The translations under genes and the position numbers were made by a program. The notes beneath the pieces were generated by a model, which was given only the letters and a program-made list of their open reading frames with translations, did not search any database and was not told the origin of the DNA. Shown here one piece after another: positions 19,055 through 28,314 of a stretch of DNA of 64,000 nucleotides; position 1 is the stretch's first letter, and every line of letters begins with the position of its first letter. Where the stretch lies: NCBI GenBank assembly GCA_963708135.1, contig OY970192.1, positions 160,001 to 224,000 on the forward strand. Direction: 5' to 3'. Origin of the DNA: an uncultured Gemmatimonadales bacterium. GTDB lineage: Bacteria > Gemmatimonadota > Gemmatimonadetes > Longimicrobiales > RSA9.

Positions 19055-21859
19055 CTACGGCTTCACCGAATCCGTCCCCGCCTTCCGCCGCGCCGCCGCC
19101 ATCACCGAGTCCGCCCGCGCATCCGCCGCCTTCACCAGCGCGTCCGCCTTCGCGTCGGTCTCCTTCTTCAACCTCGTCGCGGCAGCGTTGGCGGCGATCC
19201 TGGCGACGGGGTTCGTCGCCTTCGCGGCGAGGGAATCGATGCGCACGGCGGCCTGTGCGCGCAGGGTGTCCGCCCGGGCGCGGGCCTCGGCCCGGATCGC
19301 GGCGGCCTTCTGCTCGGCGTCGGCGAGGGCGCGGTCGGCTTCGGCCCTGGCCTTCGCGGCGGCGGCCGTGGCGGTCGAGTCCACGCGCGCCTGGACCAGC
19401 TCCTTGCCGCGGGCGGCCTGCTGCTCGAGGCCCTGCTTCACGGCCTGCACCGCGCCGCCGGCCACCTCGCCCAGGCTCGTGCTGATGGTTGGCTTCGTGA
19501 TGGTGCCGCCGATCTTCACGCTGAGGCCGACGGTCGCGGCGCTGTCGATGTTCACGCCCACGCGGCCGGCGCGCTCGGCGATGGCGCGGACGGCGTCGGC
19601 CGCCTGGGGGCCCAGCACGGCGCGCGGGGCGCGCAGGCCGACGGTGTAGTCGAGGCTGCCGTCGGTGCCGTTCGAGCCGGCGATGTTCAGGCCGACCTGG
19701 CCGACGCGGGTCTGGAACGGCTGCACGTGCAGCCGGCCGTCGCGGATGCTGAAGGATGACTTGAGGTCCTGGAAGCCGGGGTTCTGCAGGAGCTGCAGCT
19801 TGAGCGTACGGGCCAGCGCGTCGAGGGGCGGGAACTCCTGGAGCACGAGGCCGCTTGTGGCCAGGGAGCCGGCGCCGGTCAGGGTCTTGAGCACGGGCAT
19901 CATGTCCTGGCCGAGCGCGCCGCTGACCTGGAGCTGGACGGACGCGTGGCCCTGGGCGTAGCGCGCCACGGGCGCGAACGCCTGCACGGTGCGCATGCCG
20001 GCGAACGCGGCCGGCACCTCCACCTGCTTCAGCGCCACGGTGCCATCGAAGGTGGGCTTCATCGGGTCGAGCGTCTCGTAATAGCCGTCCACGCTGAGGC
20101 CGCCGCCGAGCGTTCCCGCGCTGAAGTTGTCGAGCGTCAGGCGACGGTTCCGCACCCGCAGCGCCCCGCGCGCGTCGCGCAGCGTGAGCGTACCGTACTT
20201 CACCGTGTCCGCGGAAGCGTCGAGGGCGAAGTCGATGCGGCCCGGCACGGGGACGGCCCGCGTGGCGTCCTCGGAGCGCCACTCGTTCAGGTCCACGCGC
20301 GTGCTGGCCACGCGCGCGCTGCCGCGCAGGTCCTCACGGCCGAGCACGAAGCCGAGGACGTTGTCCAGCGCGCCGGTCATGCGCACGTCGCTCGCGCCCG
20401 CCCGGGCGCGGAAGGCGGCCAGCTCCGCGCGCTGCGGCGTGAGGCGGAGCAGGGCGGTGTCGATGGCGACGGGGCGGCGCAGCCCCGCGGCGCTCGCGCC
20501 GAGCCCGCTCACGGCGAGGTTGCCGCTCGCGGCCACGCGCTCGTAGCGCTTCGCGCGCACGTCCGAGAGGCGGGCGCGCATGGCGGCGTCGGCGCTCACG
20601 ATGCCGCGGAGCTCCCGCACGCTGTCCATCCGGATCGTGCGCGGCAGGTTGGCCAGGTCGAGCCGGCCCGCGACGCGGAACGCGACGTCGGGATCCGAGA
20701 GCGGCGTGCGGAGCACGAGCGAGCCGTCCACGGGATCGTCGCCGATGCGGATGTGAAAGCGGTCCAGATTCAGCACGGTGGCGTCCGCGCTGCCGCCCGG
20801 GTTGGTCACGGCCAGGTGCAGCGCGATGTCGCGCGCGGGGAGCGGCAGGCCCGGGTAGCGGAAGCTGGCGTTGCCGACGTCCGCGCTCACGCCGAAGGAC
20901 GGGAACGCGCCCTTGCCGAGCCGGCCCTTCACCTTGCCCTGCACCGAGACCTGCCCGTCGGCCTGGAGCCTGGCGAAGCTCCGCGTGTAGATCAGGGGCA
21001 CCAGCGAGAGGATCTGGCGGAAGCCGGCGCGCGGCGCGGCGAAGGTGAGGTCGAGGGCGACGTCGCCTTCCTCCTGCTGCACGGACCCCGCGGCCACGAG
21101 CGCCAGTTCGTTCACGCGCACGGTGTCGTCCTTCAGCGTGAAGCGGTGCGCCGCCATGTCGGCGTCCAGCGCCGCCACGAGCCCAAGCCGCTCGCCGGAG
21201 AGGTACGGCACGCCGCCGAAGCGCAGGAACGCGCTGTCCACGACCGTGCGCGTGCGCAGGTCGAAGCGCCTCTCGGAGAAGTCGCCGGAGAGGGTGTGCC
21301 GGAGGCCGGCCAGCGTGGCGCTGGTGCCGGTCTTCCGGTTCTCGAGCGTGATGCGGCCGTCCGTGATCTCGAGGCCGCGCAGGCTCACGGCCAGCGCGCG
21401 GCCCGACGTGGCGCCGGAGCCCGCGGCGGGTGCGGCGCTCGGGCGGGTGATGTCCCAGCTGGCGGCGCCGTCGCCGAGCACCAGCAGGCGGAGCCGCGGC
21501 TCTGTCAGGGAGACCGAGCGCACGACGATCGGGGAGCCGCCCCGCAGGCTGGAGACGACGCTTCCCAGGTCGAGGACGAGCGCGGCCTCGGGCACCGTCA
21601 GCAGCGTGTCGCCGGCGAACCGGTCGATGCCCGTCACGCTCAGCCCGGCGAGGCGGAGGGTGAGGTTCGGGAAGTGGCGGAACAGGCCCAGCTCGAGCCC
21701 CGTCCAGTCCACGCGCGCCCGCAGCGCCGAGGAGGCCGCCGTCTTCACGCGCGCCTGGACCGGGCCGCGGAACAGGATGGGGACCACCACCAGCAGGCCG
21801 AGCACCAGGAGGACGGCGACCCCGCCCGCGTACAGGATCCTGCGACTGCGCTCCTTCAC
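19055..21859 (-). CDS. AsmA family protein
   Basis: GTG at 21859 after GGAGG; N-terminal TM anchor, 'FRHFPNLTL', long beta-rich body, C-terminal Ala/Lys coiled coil. Confidence 0.8.
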   Translation of the reverse strand: MKERSRRILYAGGVAVLLVLGLLVVVPILFRGPVQARVKTAASSALRARVDWTGLELGLFRHFPNLTLRLAGLSVTGIDRFAGDTLLTVPEAALVLDLGSVVSSLRGGSPIVVRSVSLTEPRLRLLVLGDGAASWDITRPSAAPAAGSGATSGRALAVSLRGLEITDGRITLENRKTGTSATLAGLRHTLSGDFSERRFDLRTRTVVDSAFLRFGGVPYLSGERLGLVAALDADMAAHRFTLKDDTVRVNELALVAAGSVQQEEGDVALDLTFAAPRAGFRQILSLVPLIYTRSFARLQADGQVSVQGKVKGRLGKGAFPSFGVSADVGNASFRYPGLPLPARDIALHLAVTNPGGSADATVLNLDRFHIRIGDDPVDGSLVLRTPLSDPDVAFRVAGRLDLANLPRTIRMDSVRELRGIVSADAAMRARLSDVRAKRYERVAASGNLAVSGLGASAAGLRRPVAIDTALLRLTPQRAELAAFRARAGASDVRMTGALDNVLGFVLGREDLRGSARVASTRVDLNEWRSEDATRAVPVPGRIDFALDASADTVKYGTLTLRDARGALRVRNRRLTLDNFSAGTLGGGLSVDGYYETLDPMKPTFDGTVALKQVEVPAAFAGMRTVQAFAPVARYAQGHASVQLQVSGALGQDMMPVLKTLTGAGSLATSGLVLQEFPPLDALARTLKLQLLQNPGFQDLKSSFSIRDGRLHVQPFQTRVGQVGLNIAGSNGTDGSLDYTVGLRAPRAVLGPQAADAVRAIAERAGRVGVNIDSAATVGLSVKIGGTITKPTISTSLGEVAGGAVQAVKQGLEQQAARGKELVQARVDSTATAAAAKARAEADRALADAEQKAAAIRAEARARADTLRAQAAVRIDSLAAKATNPVARIAANAAATRLKKETDAKADALVKAADARADSVMAAARRKAGTDSVKP

Positions 21860-22068
21860 GTCCCCCCCCTCCACGTCGAGTCTCTCGTGCGCGCCCCAGC
21901 ACCCGCGCGGCCGGGGCGCGCCGCCACCGCGTCGCGCTCGAAGCCCTCCACCGGCGAGGGCCGTCGACGGACGCGGCTCCCACGAATCTAGCGGCGCGCG
22001 ATCCGCCGCGGGAACGGCGCGCACGAGTCTTGCCCGACGTGAGCCATAACCCCTTTGCGGAGGCGGAG

Positions 22069-22233
22069 ATGCCTGAATCATGGAGCAGGAAGGACGAGCG
22101 GCAGTACGAGCACGTGAAGGAGAGCGAGAAGAAGGAGGGCCGCTCCACCAAGCGAGCCAAGGAGATCGCGGCCCGTACGGTGAACAAGCAGCGCTCGAAG
22201 GAGGGACGGACGAAGAGCAAGAAGAAGTCGTAG
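22069..22233 (+). CDS. Small basic conserved protein (54 aa)
   Basis: GGAGG RBS; 'KDERQYEHVKES...RAKEIAARTVNKQR' is a recognisable conserved motif. Confidence 0.8.
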   Translation: MPESWSRKDERQYEHVKESEKKEGRSTKRAKEIAARTVNKQRSKEGRTKSKKKS

Positions 22234-22253
22234 GAGCACGGTCCCAAACTGCC

Positions 22254-22357
22254 TCGACACGGAGCGCTCGGGGGGCGCGGAGGCAACGGAGCCGGGCTCT
22301 TGCCGGGGCGAGGCCGGGGGGAAAAAGAAAATCCGTTCTCCGTGTCCTCCGTGTCAA
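22254..22357. repeat. About 100-bp element with inverted 9-mer ends (GACACGGAG ... CTCCGTGTC x2)
   Basis: GACACGGAG at 22256 followed by degenerate 9-mers; CTCCGTGTC at 22338 and 22347. Confidence 0.65.
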
Positions 22358-22727
22358 AGCACTTGGAGCTGCGAGGCCGCCGCGTGGATGAGGCCCCTCG
22401 AGGTCTGAACCCCGGCCTCCAACCCGCCAGGGGGACGACGCGGCCCGGCAGCGGCTCTTGGTGGGACAATTCACGACCGCGCCGGGCAGCGGCAGGACAT
22501 CCTGTGACCATCCCGCGCCGCGGCGGGCAATCCGCCACATTGCGTAAATTCCTGCAATGGACTTGCTTACAGGGCATCTCCGATGCCGCCGGGCGGAGGC
22601 ACGCCTGGTGCAACAAAGGGCCGTCGTTGAGACCCGTTCGCAACTAGCAGATCGAACAGCCGTTGGAGGCGATGTGGCCGGCTCGTGTCATGGCGGGGGC
22701 GCCGGGAATTCGGGTGAGGTCGGGCTC

Positions 22728-24743
22728 GTGGAGGCCGTGCGCGCGCGTGGGAGCGCGGAAACGGCGGACGCGCGCGCGGGCGGCGTGCCGGCGCAGGCGT
22801 CGCCGTCGGGCGGCCGGCTGCGGGTGGCGCTGGTGGGCGCGCCGAACGTGGGGAAGAGCGCGCTGTTCAACCGGCTGACGGGGCGGTATGTGACGGTGTC
22901 GAACTATCCGGGCACGTCGGTGGAGGTGGCGCGGGGCGCGGGGCGCCTTGGCGGGTGGGATGTCGATGTCATCGACACGCCGGGGATGTACTCGCTGCTC
23001 TCGACGACGGAGGAGGAGCGGGTGGCGCGGGGGATCGTGCTGCGGGGCGAGGCGGACGTGCTGGTGCACGTGGTGGACGCGAAGAACCTCGACAGGATGC
23101 TGCCGCTGACGCTGCAGCTGGCGGAGACGGGGCGGCCGCTGGTGCTGGCGCTGAACATGGCGGACGAGGCGGAGCGGCTGGGGGTGGTGATCCGGACGGA
23201 GCTGCTGGCGAGCCGTCTGGGGGTGGAGGTGGTGCCGCTGGTGGCGATCACGGGGCGGGGGCTGGCTGCGCTGTCGGCTGCGGTGCTGCGGGCGGCGGCG
23301 GGCAGGGCGCCGCGGCTGCCGGCCTACCTGGACGGGGTGGGCACGGCCATGAAGGGTGTGGGGTCGCGGCTGGCGGGCGTGTACCCGGTGGATCCGGCGG
23401 CGCTGGTCTCGCTGGTGATCCAGCGGGATGCGGAGGTGATGGCGCTGGTGGCGGCGGGGGAGCCGGATGGCGGCTCGTCGGTGCTCACGGCGGCGGCGGA
23501 GGCGGGGGAGGAGCTGGGCGGTGCGCCGGGCTACCGGGTGGCGGTCGAGCGGCAGCGCGCGGCGGCGGCCCTGCTGGACGGAGTGGTGGAGCGCACGGGC
23601 GGACGTAGGATGGCGTTGGCGGACCGGCTGGGCCGGCTGCTCTCTGAGCCGCTGACGGGGGTGCCGGTGCTGCTTCTGGTGCTCTACCTGGGGCTGTACA
23701 AGTTCGTGGGGCAGTTCGGCGCGGGGACGGTGGTGGACTGGCTGGAGGGGACGGTGTTCGAGGCGCACGTGAACCCGTTCTTCGAGCACCTGTTTGCGGG
23801 CATCCCGTGGCCGGTGGTGCGGTCGCTGTACGTGGGGGAGTACGGGATCCTGACGCTTGGGCTGCGCTACGCGGCGGCGATCGTGCTGCCGATCGTGGGC
23901 ACGTTCTTCCTGTTCTTCTCGGCGGCGGAGGACAGCGGCTACTTCCCGCGCCTGGCGCTGCTGGTGGACCGGATCTTCAAGCGGCTCGGCCTGTCGGGCC
24001 GGGCGGTGATCCCGATCGTGCTGGGCTTCGCGTGCGACACGATGGCGACGATGGTGACCCGCACGCTCGAGACCCGGCGCGAGCGCGTGCTGGCCACGCT
24101 GCTCCTCGCCCTCGCCATCCCGTGCTCGGCGCAGCTCGGGGTGATCCTGGCCATCCTGGCCTCGCAGCCGCTGACGCTGGTGGTGTGGAGCGTGGCGATC
24201 GTGCTCGTGCTGCTGCTGGTGGGCGCGATCTCGGCCCGGCTCATGCCCGGAGAGCCGGCCACGTTCCACATGGAGCTGCCGCCGCTGCGCCGGCCGCGCC
24301 TCGGCAACGTGCTGGTGAAGACCTACACGCGCATGCACTGGTACTTCCTCGAGGTGCTGCCGCTCTTCCTCTTCGCCAGCGTGCTCATGTGGGCGGGGAA
24401 GCTGACCGGCCTCTTCGACCTGGCCGTGCGCGGGCTCACGCCCGTGGTCGGCGCGCTCGGGCTGCCGGCCCGGACCGCATCGATCTTCCTGTTCGGCTTC
24501 TTCCGCCGCGACTACGGCGCCGCGGGCCTCTACGAGATGACCCGCACCGGGGCGCTCACGCCGCGGGAGCTGACCGTGGCCGCCGTCACCCTCACGCTGT
24601 TCGTCCCCTGCATCGCGCAGTTCCTCATGATGGTGCGCGAGCGCGGCAAGGCGACGGCGATCGGGATGTTCCTCTTCATCACGCCCTTCGCCTTCGGCGT
24701 GGGCTGGGCGCTGAACCTCGCCTTGCGGGGGCTCGGATGGTGA
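22728..24743 (+). CDS. feoB: Ferrous iron transporter B
   Basis: GAPNVGKS, VSNYPGTSVE, DTPG, NMAD; membrane domain 'EDSGYFPRLA', 'GFAC', 'IPCSAQ', 'MELPP'; start approximate. Confidence 0.93.
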   Translation: MEAVRARGSAETADARAGGVPAQASPSGGRLRVALVGAPNVGKSALFNRLTGRYVTVSNYPGTSVEVARGAGRLGGWDVDVIDTPGMYSLLSTTEEERVARGIVLRGEADVLVHVVDAKNLDRMLPLTLQLAETGRPLVLALNMADEAERLGVVIRTELLASRLGVEVVPLVAITGRGLAALSAAVLRAAAGRAPRLPAYLDGVGTAMKGVGSRLAGVYPVDPAALVSLVIQRDAEVMALVAAGEPDGGSSVLTAAAEAGEELGGAPGYRVAVERQRAAAALLDGVVERTGGRRMALADRLGRLLSEPLTGVPVLLLVLYLGLYKFVGQFGAGTVVDWLEGTVFEAHVNPFFEHLFAGIPWPVVRSLYVGEYGILTLGLRYAAAIVLPIVGTFFLFFSAAEDSGYFPRLALLVDRIFKRLGLSGRAVIPIVLGFACDTMATMVTRTLETRRERVLATLLLALAIPCSAQLGVILAILASQPLTLVVWSVAIVLVLLLVGAISARLMPGEPATFHMELPPLRRPRLGNVLVKTYTRMHWYFLEVLPLFLFASVLMWAGKLTGLFDLAVRGLTPVVGALGLPARTASIFLFGFFRRDYGAAGLYEMTRTGALTPRELTVAAVTLTLFVPCIAQFLMMVRERGKATAIGMFLFITPFAFGVGWALNLALRGLGW

Positions 24744-25039
24744 ATGCGACGCCGGCGTCCGCCGCTGCCCGGCGCGGTGCGGGCCCCGCGTCGCCGGAAG
24801 GCGACGGTGCCGCGGCCGCCGCCGCGTCGCCGATCATCCGCTGCGGCTTCTGCGGCACGGAGTTCCGCGAGGACCGGGGGCAGCCGACGTGCGCGGCGTG
24901 CCCGCTTAGCACCCGCGTCTGCCGGCACATCCGCTGCCCGCAGTGCGGCTTCGAGAACCCCGCCACGCCGGACTGGGTCGGGCGCGCGCCGGCGGCCCTG
25001 CAACGCCTGAAGGAGTGGCTCCGCCATGACTCCGATTGA
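24737..25039 (+). CDS. Small Cys-rich (zinc-ribbon / Fe-S-like) protein in feo operon
   Basis: CGFC-x12-CAACP-x5-C-x4-CPQC; overlaps both feoB stop and feoA start. Confidence 0.7.
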   Translation: MVNATPASAAARRGAGPASPEGDGAAAAAASPIIRCGFCGTEFREDRGQPTCAACPLSTRVCRHIRCPQCGFENPATPDWVGRAPAALQRLKEWLRHDSD

Positions 25040-25376
25040 CCGCGTGATGGAACGGCTGCGCGCCCTGCGGGGCCGCGGGGCGGCCTGGGGCGAGGGCTGC
25101 CCGGCGGGTGAGCCGCTGCCCGAGACGGAGCGCTGCGCCGGCACCGACTGCGACTCCCTCGCGCTCACCGAGCTGGGCGTGGGCGAGGAGGTCAGCGTGA
25201 CCTGCCTCCAGGCCGCGGCCACCCCGGCCAGCGCCAAGCTCGCCGCGCTCGGCGTGCTTCCCGGTGCCCGGCTGCGCCTCGTCCAGCGCTACCCCGCCTT
25301 CGTCTTCCGCATGGGGTACTCGGAGTTCGCGCTGGACGCGGAGCTCGCCGGCAGGGTGAGGGTGAGGCGCGACTGA
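25026..25376 (+). CDS. feoA: FeoA family protein
   Basis: 'KLAALGVLPGARLRLVQRYP...FALDAELAGRVRV'; extra Cys in N-terminal extension. Confidence 0.85.
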   Translation: MTPIDRVMERLRALRGRGAAWGEGCPAGEPLPETERCAGTDCDSLALTELGVGEEVSVTCLQAAATPASAKLAALGVLPGARLRLVQRYPAFVFRMGYSEFALDAELAGRVRVRRD

Positions 25377-25421
25377 TCGAGTCGGGCACCGGTCAGGGGC
25401 AGGGGCGGAGACTGGCGCCGG

Positions 25422-26750
25422 CTAGCGGCCGGCCCCCTCCACGAACGCGGCGATGTCGTCCAGCACCTTCCCGGCGACGTGCTTCCGCTCGGACATGTAC
25501 TCGGACGGCGTCGCCTTGCCGGTTCCCGCCATGAAGAGGTGGCTCAGGTCGGGGTAGAGGTGGAAGGCGACGTTCTTCCGCGAGCCGAGCGCCTGCTTCC
25601 AGAGCGCCAGGTCCTTCTCCGTCACCTGGTAGTCCCGGCCGCCCTGGAGGAAGAGCATCGGCGCCGTCACCTTCCTCGCGAACGCGATGGCATCCCGCTT
25701 CTCCAGGTCGTAGTAGTAGCTGGCCGGGGCGCCCATCGCCACGGAGTCCGCGGGCACCTCGTGGCGCTCGAGCCTGGCCATCAACGCCCGCACGTCCGCG
25801 AGCTGCTTCTGAGCCTCCGGGGACTGGTTGTCCGGCAGCGTGCCAATGTAGCCGAGCTGCTCCGAGACCAGCTCCTCCAGCTTCCGCGGCGAGCCCGCCA
25901 TCACGATGACGCCGGCCAGGTGGCCGTCGCGGTCGGCGATCTCGGGCGCCAGCATCCCGCCCAGTGAGTGGCCGAGCAGGAAGACGCGGGCGGGGTCCAC
26001 GCCCGCCTCATGGCGCACCCTGCCCAGCGCGGCGAGCGCGTCGACGATCGTCTCCTCGTCCACCGTGATCGGCCCCTTCATCTGCGCGCCGTACGCGTGC
26101 GTCCGCTTCTCGTAGCGGAGCACCGCGACGCCTTTCGTGGCCAGCCCCCAGGCCAGGTCGTGGAACGGCTGGTTCGGGCCGATCGTCTCGTTCTCGTCCT
26201 GCGGACCCGAGCCGTGCACCAGCACCACGACCGGCGCGGCCGCCGCGCCCTTGGGCAGCGTCAGCGTCGCCTTCAGCGGGTACTCCTTCGTGCCCACCGT
26301 GAGCTCCCGCTCCGTGAATTTCGCGGTGTCCACGTAGGCCGGCGCCTCGTACGCCGGCGGCGCCGGCGGCAGCACGAAGTAGCCGCCCACCCGGTGGTCG
26401 CCGTCCACGGCCACGCGGAAGCGGAGCTTCTGCGGGCCGAAGCTCGCCGCGAGGTCCACCACGTGGTAGCCGCCCGCCTCCTGAACCTGCTCCACCGCGA
26501 CGGCGCCCAGCGGGCCCGCCGCGCCGAGCTGCTTCCAGATCGCCTCCAGCTTCCCCTCGCCCAGCGCCGACGCCGTCTCCGGCGCGAGCATCGACTCCGC
26601 ACCCTTGAAGTCGCCCGCCTCCTGCTTGCGGATGAATGACTCCGCCGCCCGCGTCCACTCCGTCTCCATGGCCTGCGCCGCGATGGCCCCGGGCACCGTC
26701 CCCGCCCCGAGCACCAGGCCCGCGATGGTGGTCCTGAGCAAGCTCCGCAT
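25422..26750 (-). CDS. Secreted alpha/beta hydrolase with N-terminal DUF3887-like domain
   Basis: Signal peptide; HGSGPQD, GHSLGG nucleophile elbow, 'QGGRDYQV', 'YPDLSHLF'. Confidence 0.88.
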   Translation of the reverse strand: MRSLLRTTIAGLVLGAGTVPGAIAAQAMETEWTRAAESFIRKQEAGDFKGAESMLAPETASALGEGKLEAIWKQLGAAGPLGAVAVEQVQEAGGYHVVDLAASFGPQKLRFRVAVDGDHRVGGYFVLPPAPPAYEAPAYVDTAKFTERELTVGTKEYPLKATLTLPKGAAAAPVVVLVHGSGPQDENETIGPNQPFHDLAWGLATKGVAVLRYEKRTHAYGAQMKGPITVDEETIVDALAALGRVRHEAGVDPARVFLLGHSLGGMLAPEIADRDGHLAGVIVMAGSPRKLEELVSEQLGYIGTLPDNQSPEAQKQLADVRALMARLERHEVPADSVAMGAPASYYYDLEKRDAIAFARKVTAPMLFLQGGRDYQVTEKDLALWKQALGSRKNVAFHLYPDLSHLFMAGTGKATPSEYMSERKHVAGKVLDDIAAFVEGAGR

Positions 26751-26763
26751 GGTGACATGCTCC

Positions 26764-26787
26764 ATATTTAGAAGGTGGTCTAAATAT
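26764..26787. promoter_or_regulatory. AT-rich dyad operator-like site ATATTTAGA-N6-TCTAAATAT
   Basis: Perfect 9-bp inverted repeat immediately upstream of the hydrolase RBS. Confidence 0.65.
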
Positions 26788-27144
26788 CTGGCGTCGAGGG
26801 GTTCGGGGCAAGGGGCTCGGAGGGTCGAGCGAGCGCTGAGCCCGTATGTCGGGGCAAGCGCTCGGTCCGGGGGAGGAGTCGCCGCGAGAGGCGGCGTTCT
26901 CGGCAATATCGTCCTCCCGCCGGGGCCGGGCGGTGTGGCGAGCCGCCCCGGACCGCGTGGGGCCAGCTTCCCTCGAGTCTCCGAAGCGAGTGGCGCAAGT
27001 TGTTGTGCCCGAACGTCCTGGCGCCGAGCGTCGGCCTGCCGGCTCAGACGGCGGGCGCGGGTGTGCTTCCTGCCCCGTCAGAGCGTGACGATCCGCCCGC
27101 CGCCGGATTGGGTTCGGCGGCGGCACTCTCCAGGGAGGCGAACC

Positions 27145-28203
27145 ATGAAGAAGATCGGCGCGGTCCTGCTCCTCGCCTCGCTCGCGGCGGCGTGCGGTCA
27201 GGGCGAGCGTCCGCGCGCGGCGCGGACAGGCGTCCCCGCGCTCGCGGCGACGGAGCTCCAGGGGTACGAGGCGCTGCCGGCGGTGATCGAGTCCTCGCGG
27301 AACCCGGTGACCGCGGAGAAGGTGGCGCTGGGTCGGATGCTCTACTTCGACACGCGCCTTTCGGCCCACGGCGACGTCTCTTGCTACGTGTGCCACCCGC
27401 TGCACGACTACGGCACCTCGCACCGGGCGCGCGGGGTGGGCGACGAGCACCAGCAGGGCGGGAGGAACGAGCCCACCGTGTACAACGCGGCCGGGCACGT
27501 GGCGCAGTTCTGGGATGGGCGGGCGCCGGACGTGGAGGCGCAGGCGCTCGGCCCGGTGCTGAACCCGGTGGAGATGGGCATGTCGAGCGGGGCGCTGGTG
27601 GTGTCGCGGCTGAAGGCGATCCCGGGTTACGAGGCGGCGTTCCGGGCGGCGTTCCCGGGCGAGGCGGATCCGATGACGTTCGAGAACTTCGGCCGTGCGG
27701 TCGGGGCGTTCGAGCGGGGGCTGGTCACGCCGTCGCGGTGGGATGACTACGTGGCGGGCGACCACACGGCGCTTACGGCCCGCGAGGTGGCGGGCTTCCG
27801 GGAGTTCGCGAGCACGGGGTGCGGCTCCTGCCACGGAGGCCGGTACGTGGGCGGCGGGGCCTACCAGAAGCTGGGGCTGGTGAGGGCATGGCCGGGGCTC
27901 ACGGATCCGGGGCGTTTCCAGGTCACGGGGCAGGCGGCGGACCGCGGGGTGTTCAAGGTGGCGTCGCTGCGCAACGTGGAGGAGACGTGGCCGTACTTCC
28001 ACGACGGCTCGGTGCAGCGGCTCGAGGACGCGGTGCGGCTGATGGCGCGCCATCAGCTCGGCCGGGATCTGACGGACGCGCAGGTGACGTCGATCGTGGC
28101 GTGGCTGAAGACGCTGACGGGCCGGATCCCCGAGTCCTACATCCAGGAGCCGGTGCTGCCGGCCTCGGTGCCGCAGTCGCCGCTGCCGTTCGCGGGCGGC
28201 TGA
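27145..28203 (+). CDS. ccp: Diheme cytochrome c peroxidase (CCP/MauG family), lipoprotein
   Basis: GGAGG RBS; lipobox AAAC; CYVCH and CGSCH; QFWDGRA, NPVEM, FKVASLRNV, PYFHDG. Confidence 0.92.
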   Translation: MKKIGAVLLLASLAAACGQGERPRAARTGVPALAATELQGYEALPAVIESSRNPVTAEKVALGRMLYFDTRLSAHGDVSCYVCHPLHDYGTSHRARGVGDEHQQGGRNEPTVYNAAGHVAQFWDGRAPDVEAQALGPVLNPVEMGMSSGALVVSRLKAIPGYEAAFRAAFPGEADPMTFENFGRAVGAFERGLVTPSRWDDYVAGDHTALTAREVAGFREFASTGCGSCHGGRYVGGGAYQKLGLVRAWPGLTDPGRFQVTGQAADRGVFKVASLRNVEETWPYFHDGSVQRLEDAVRLMARHQLGRDLTDAQVTSIVAWLKTLTGRIPESYIQEPVLPASVPQSPLPFAGG

Positions 28204-28314
28204 GCGGATAGCCGGCCGGGCGCGTGGGCGGGGCGGTGAGAGCTGGCCGGGGCGCCGGTCTGCGGCGGAGGCGAGCCGCCGGCCGGCGCCCGGTGCGCGC
28301 GGCGGCGGCGTCGC

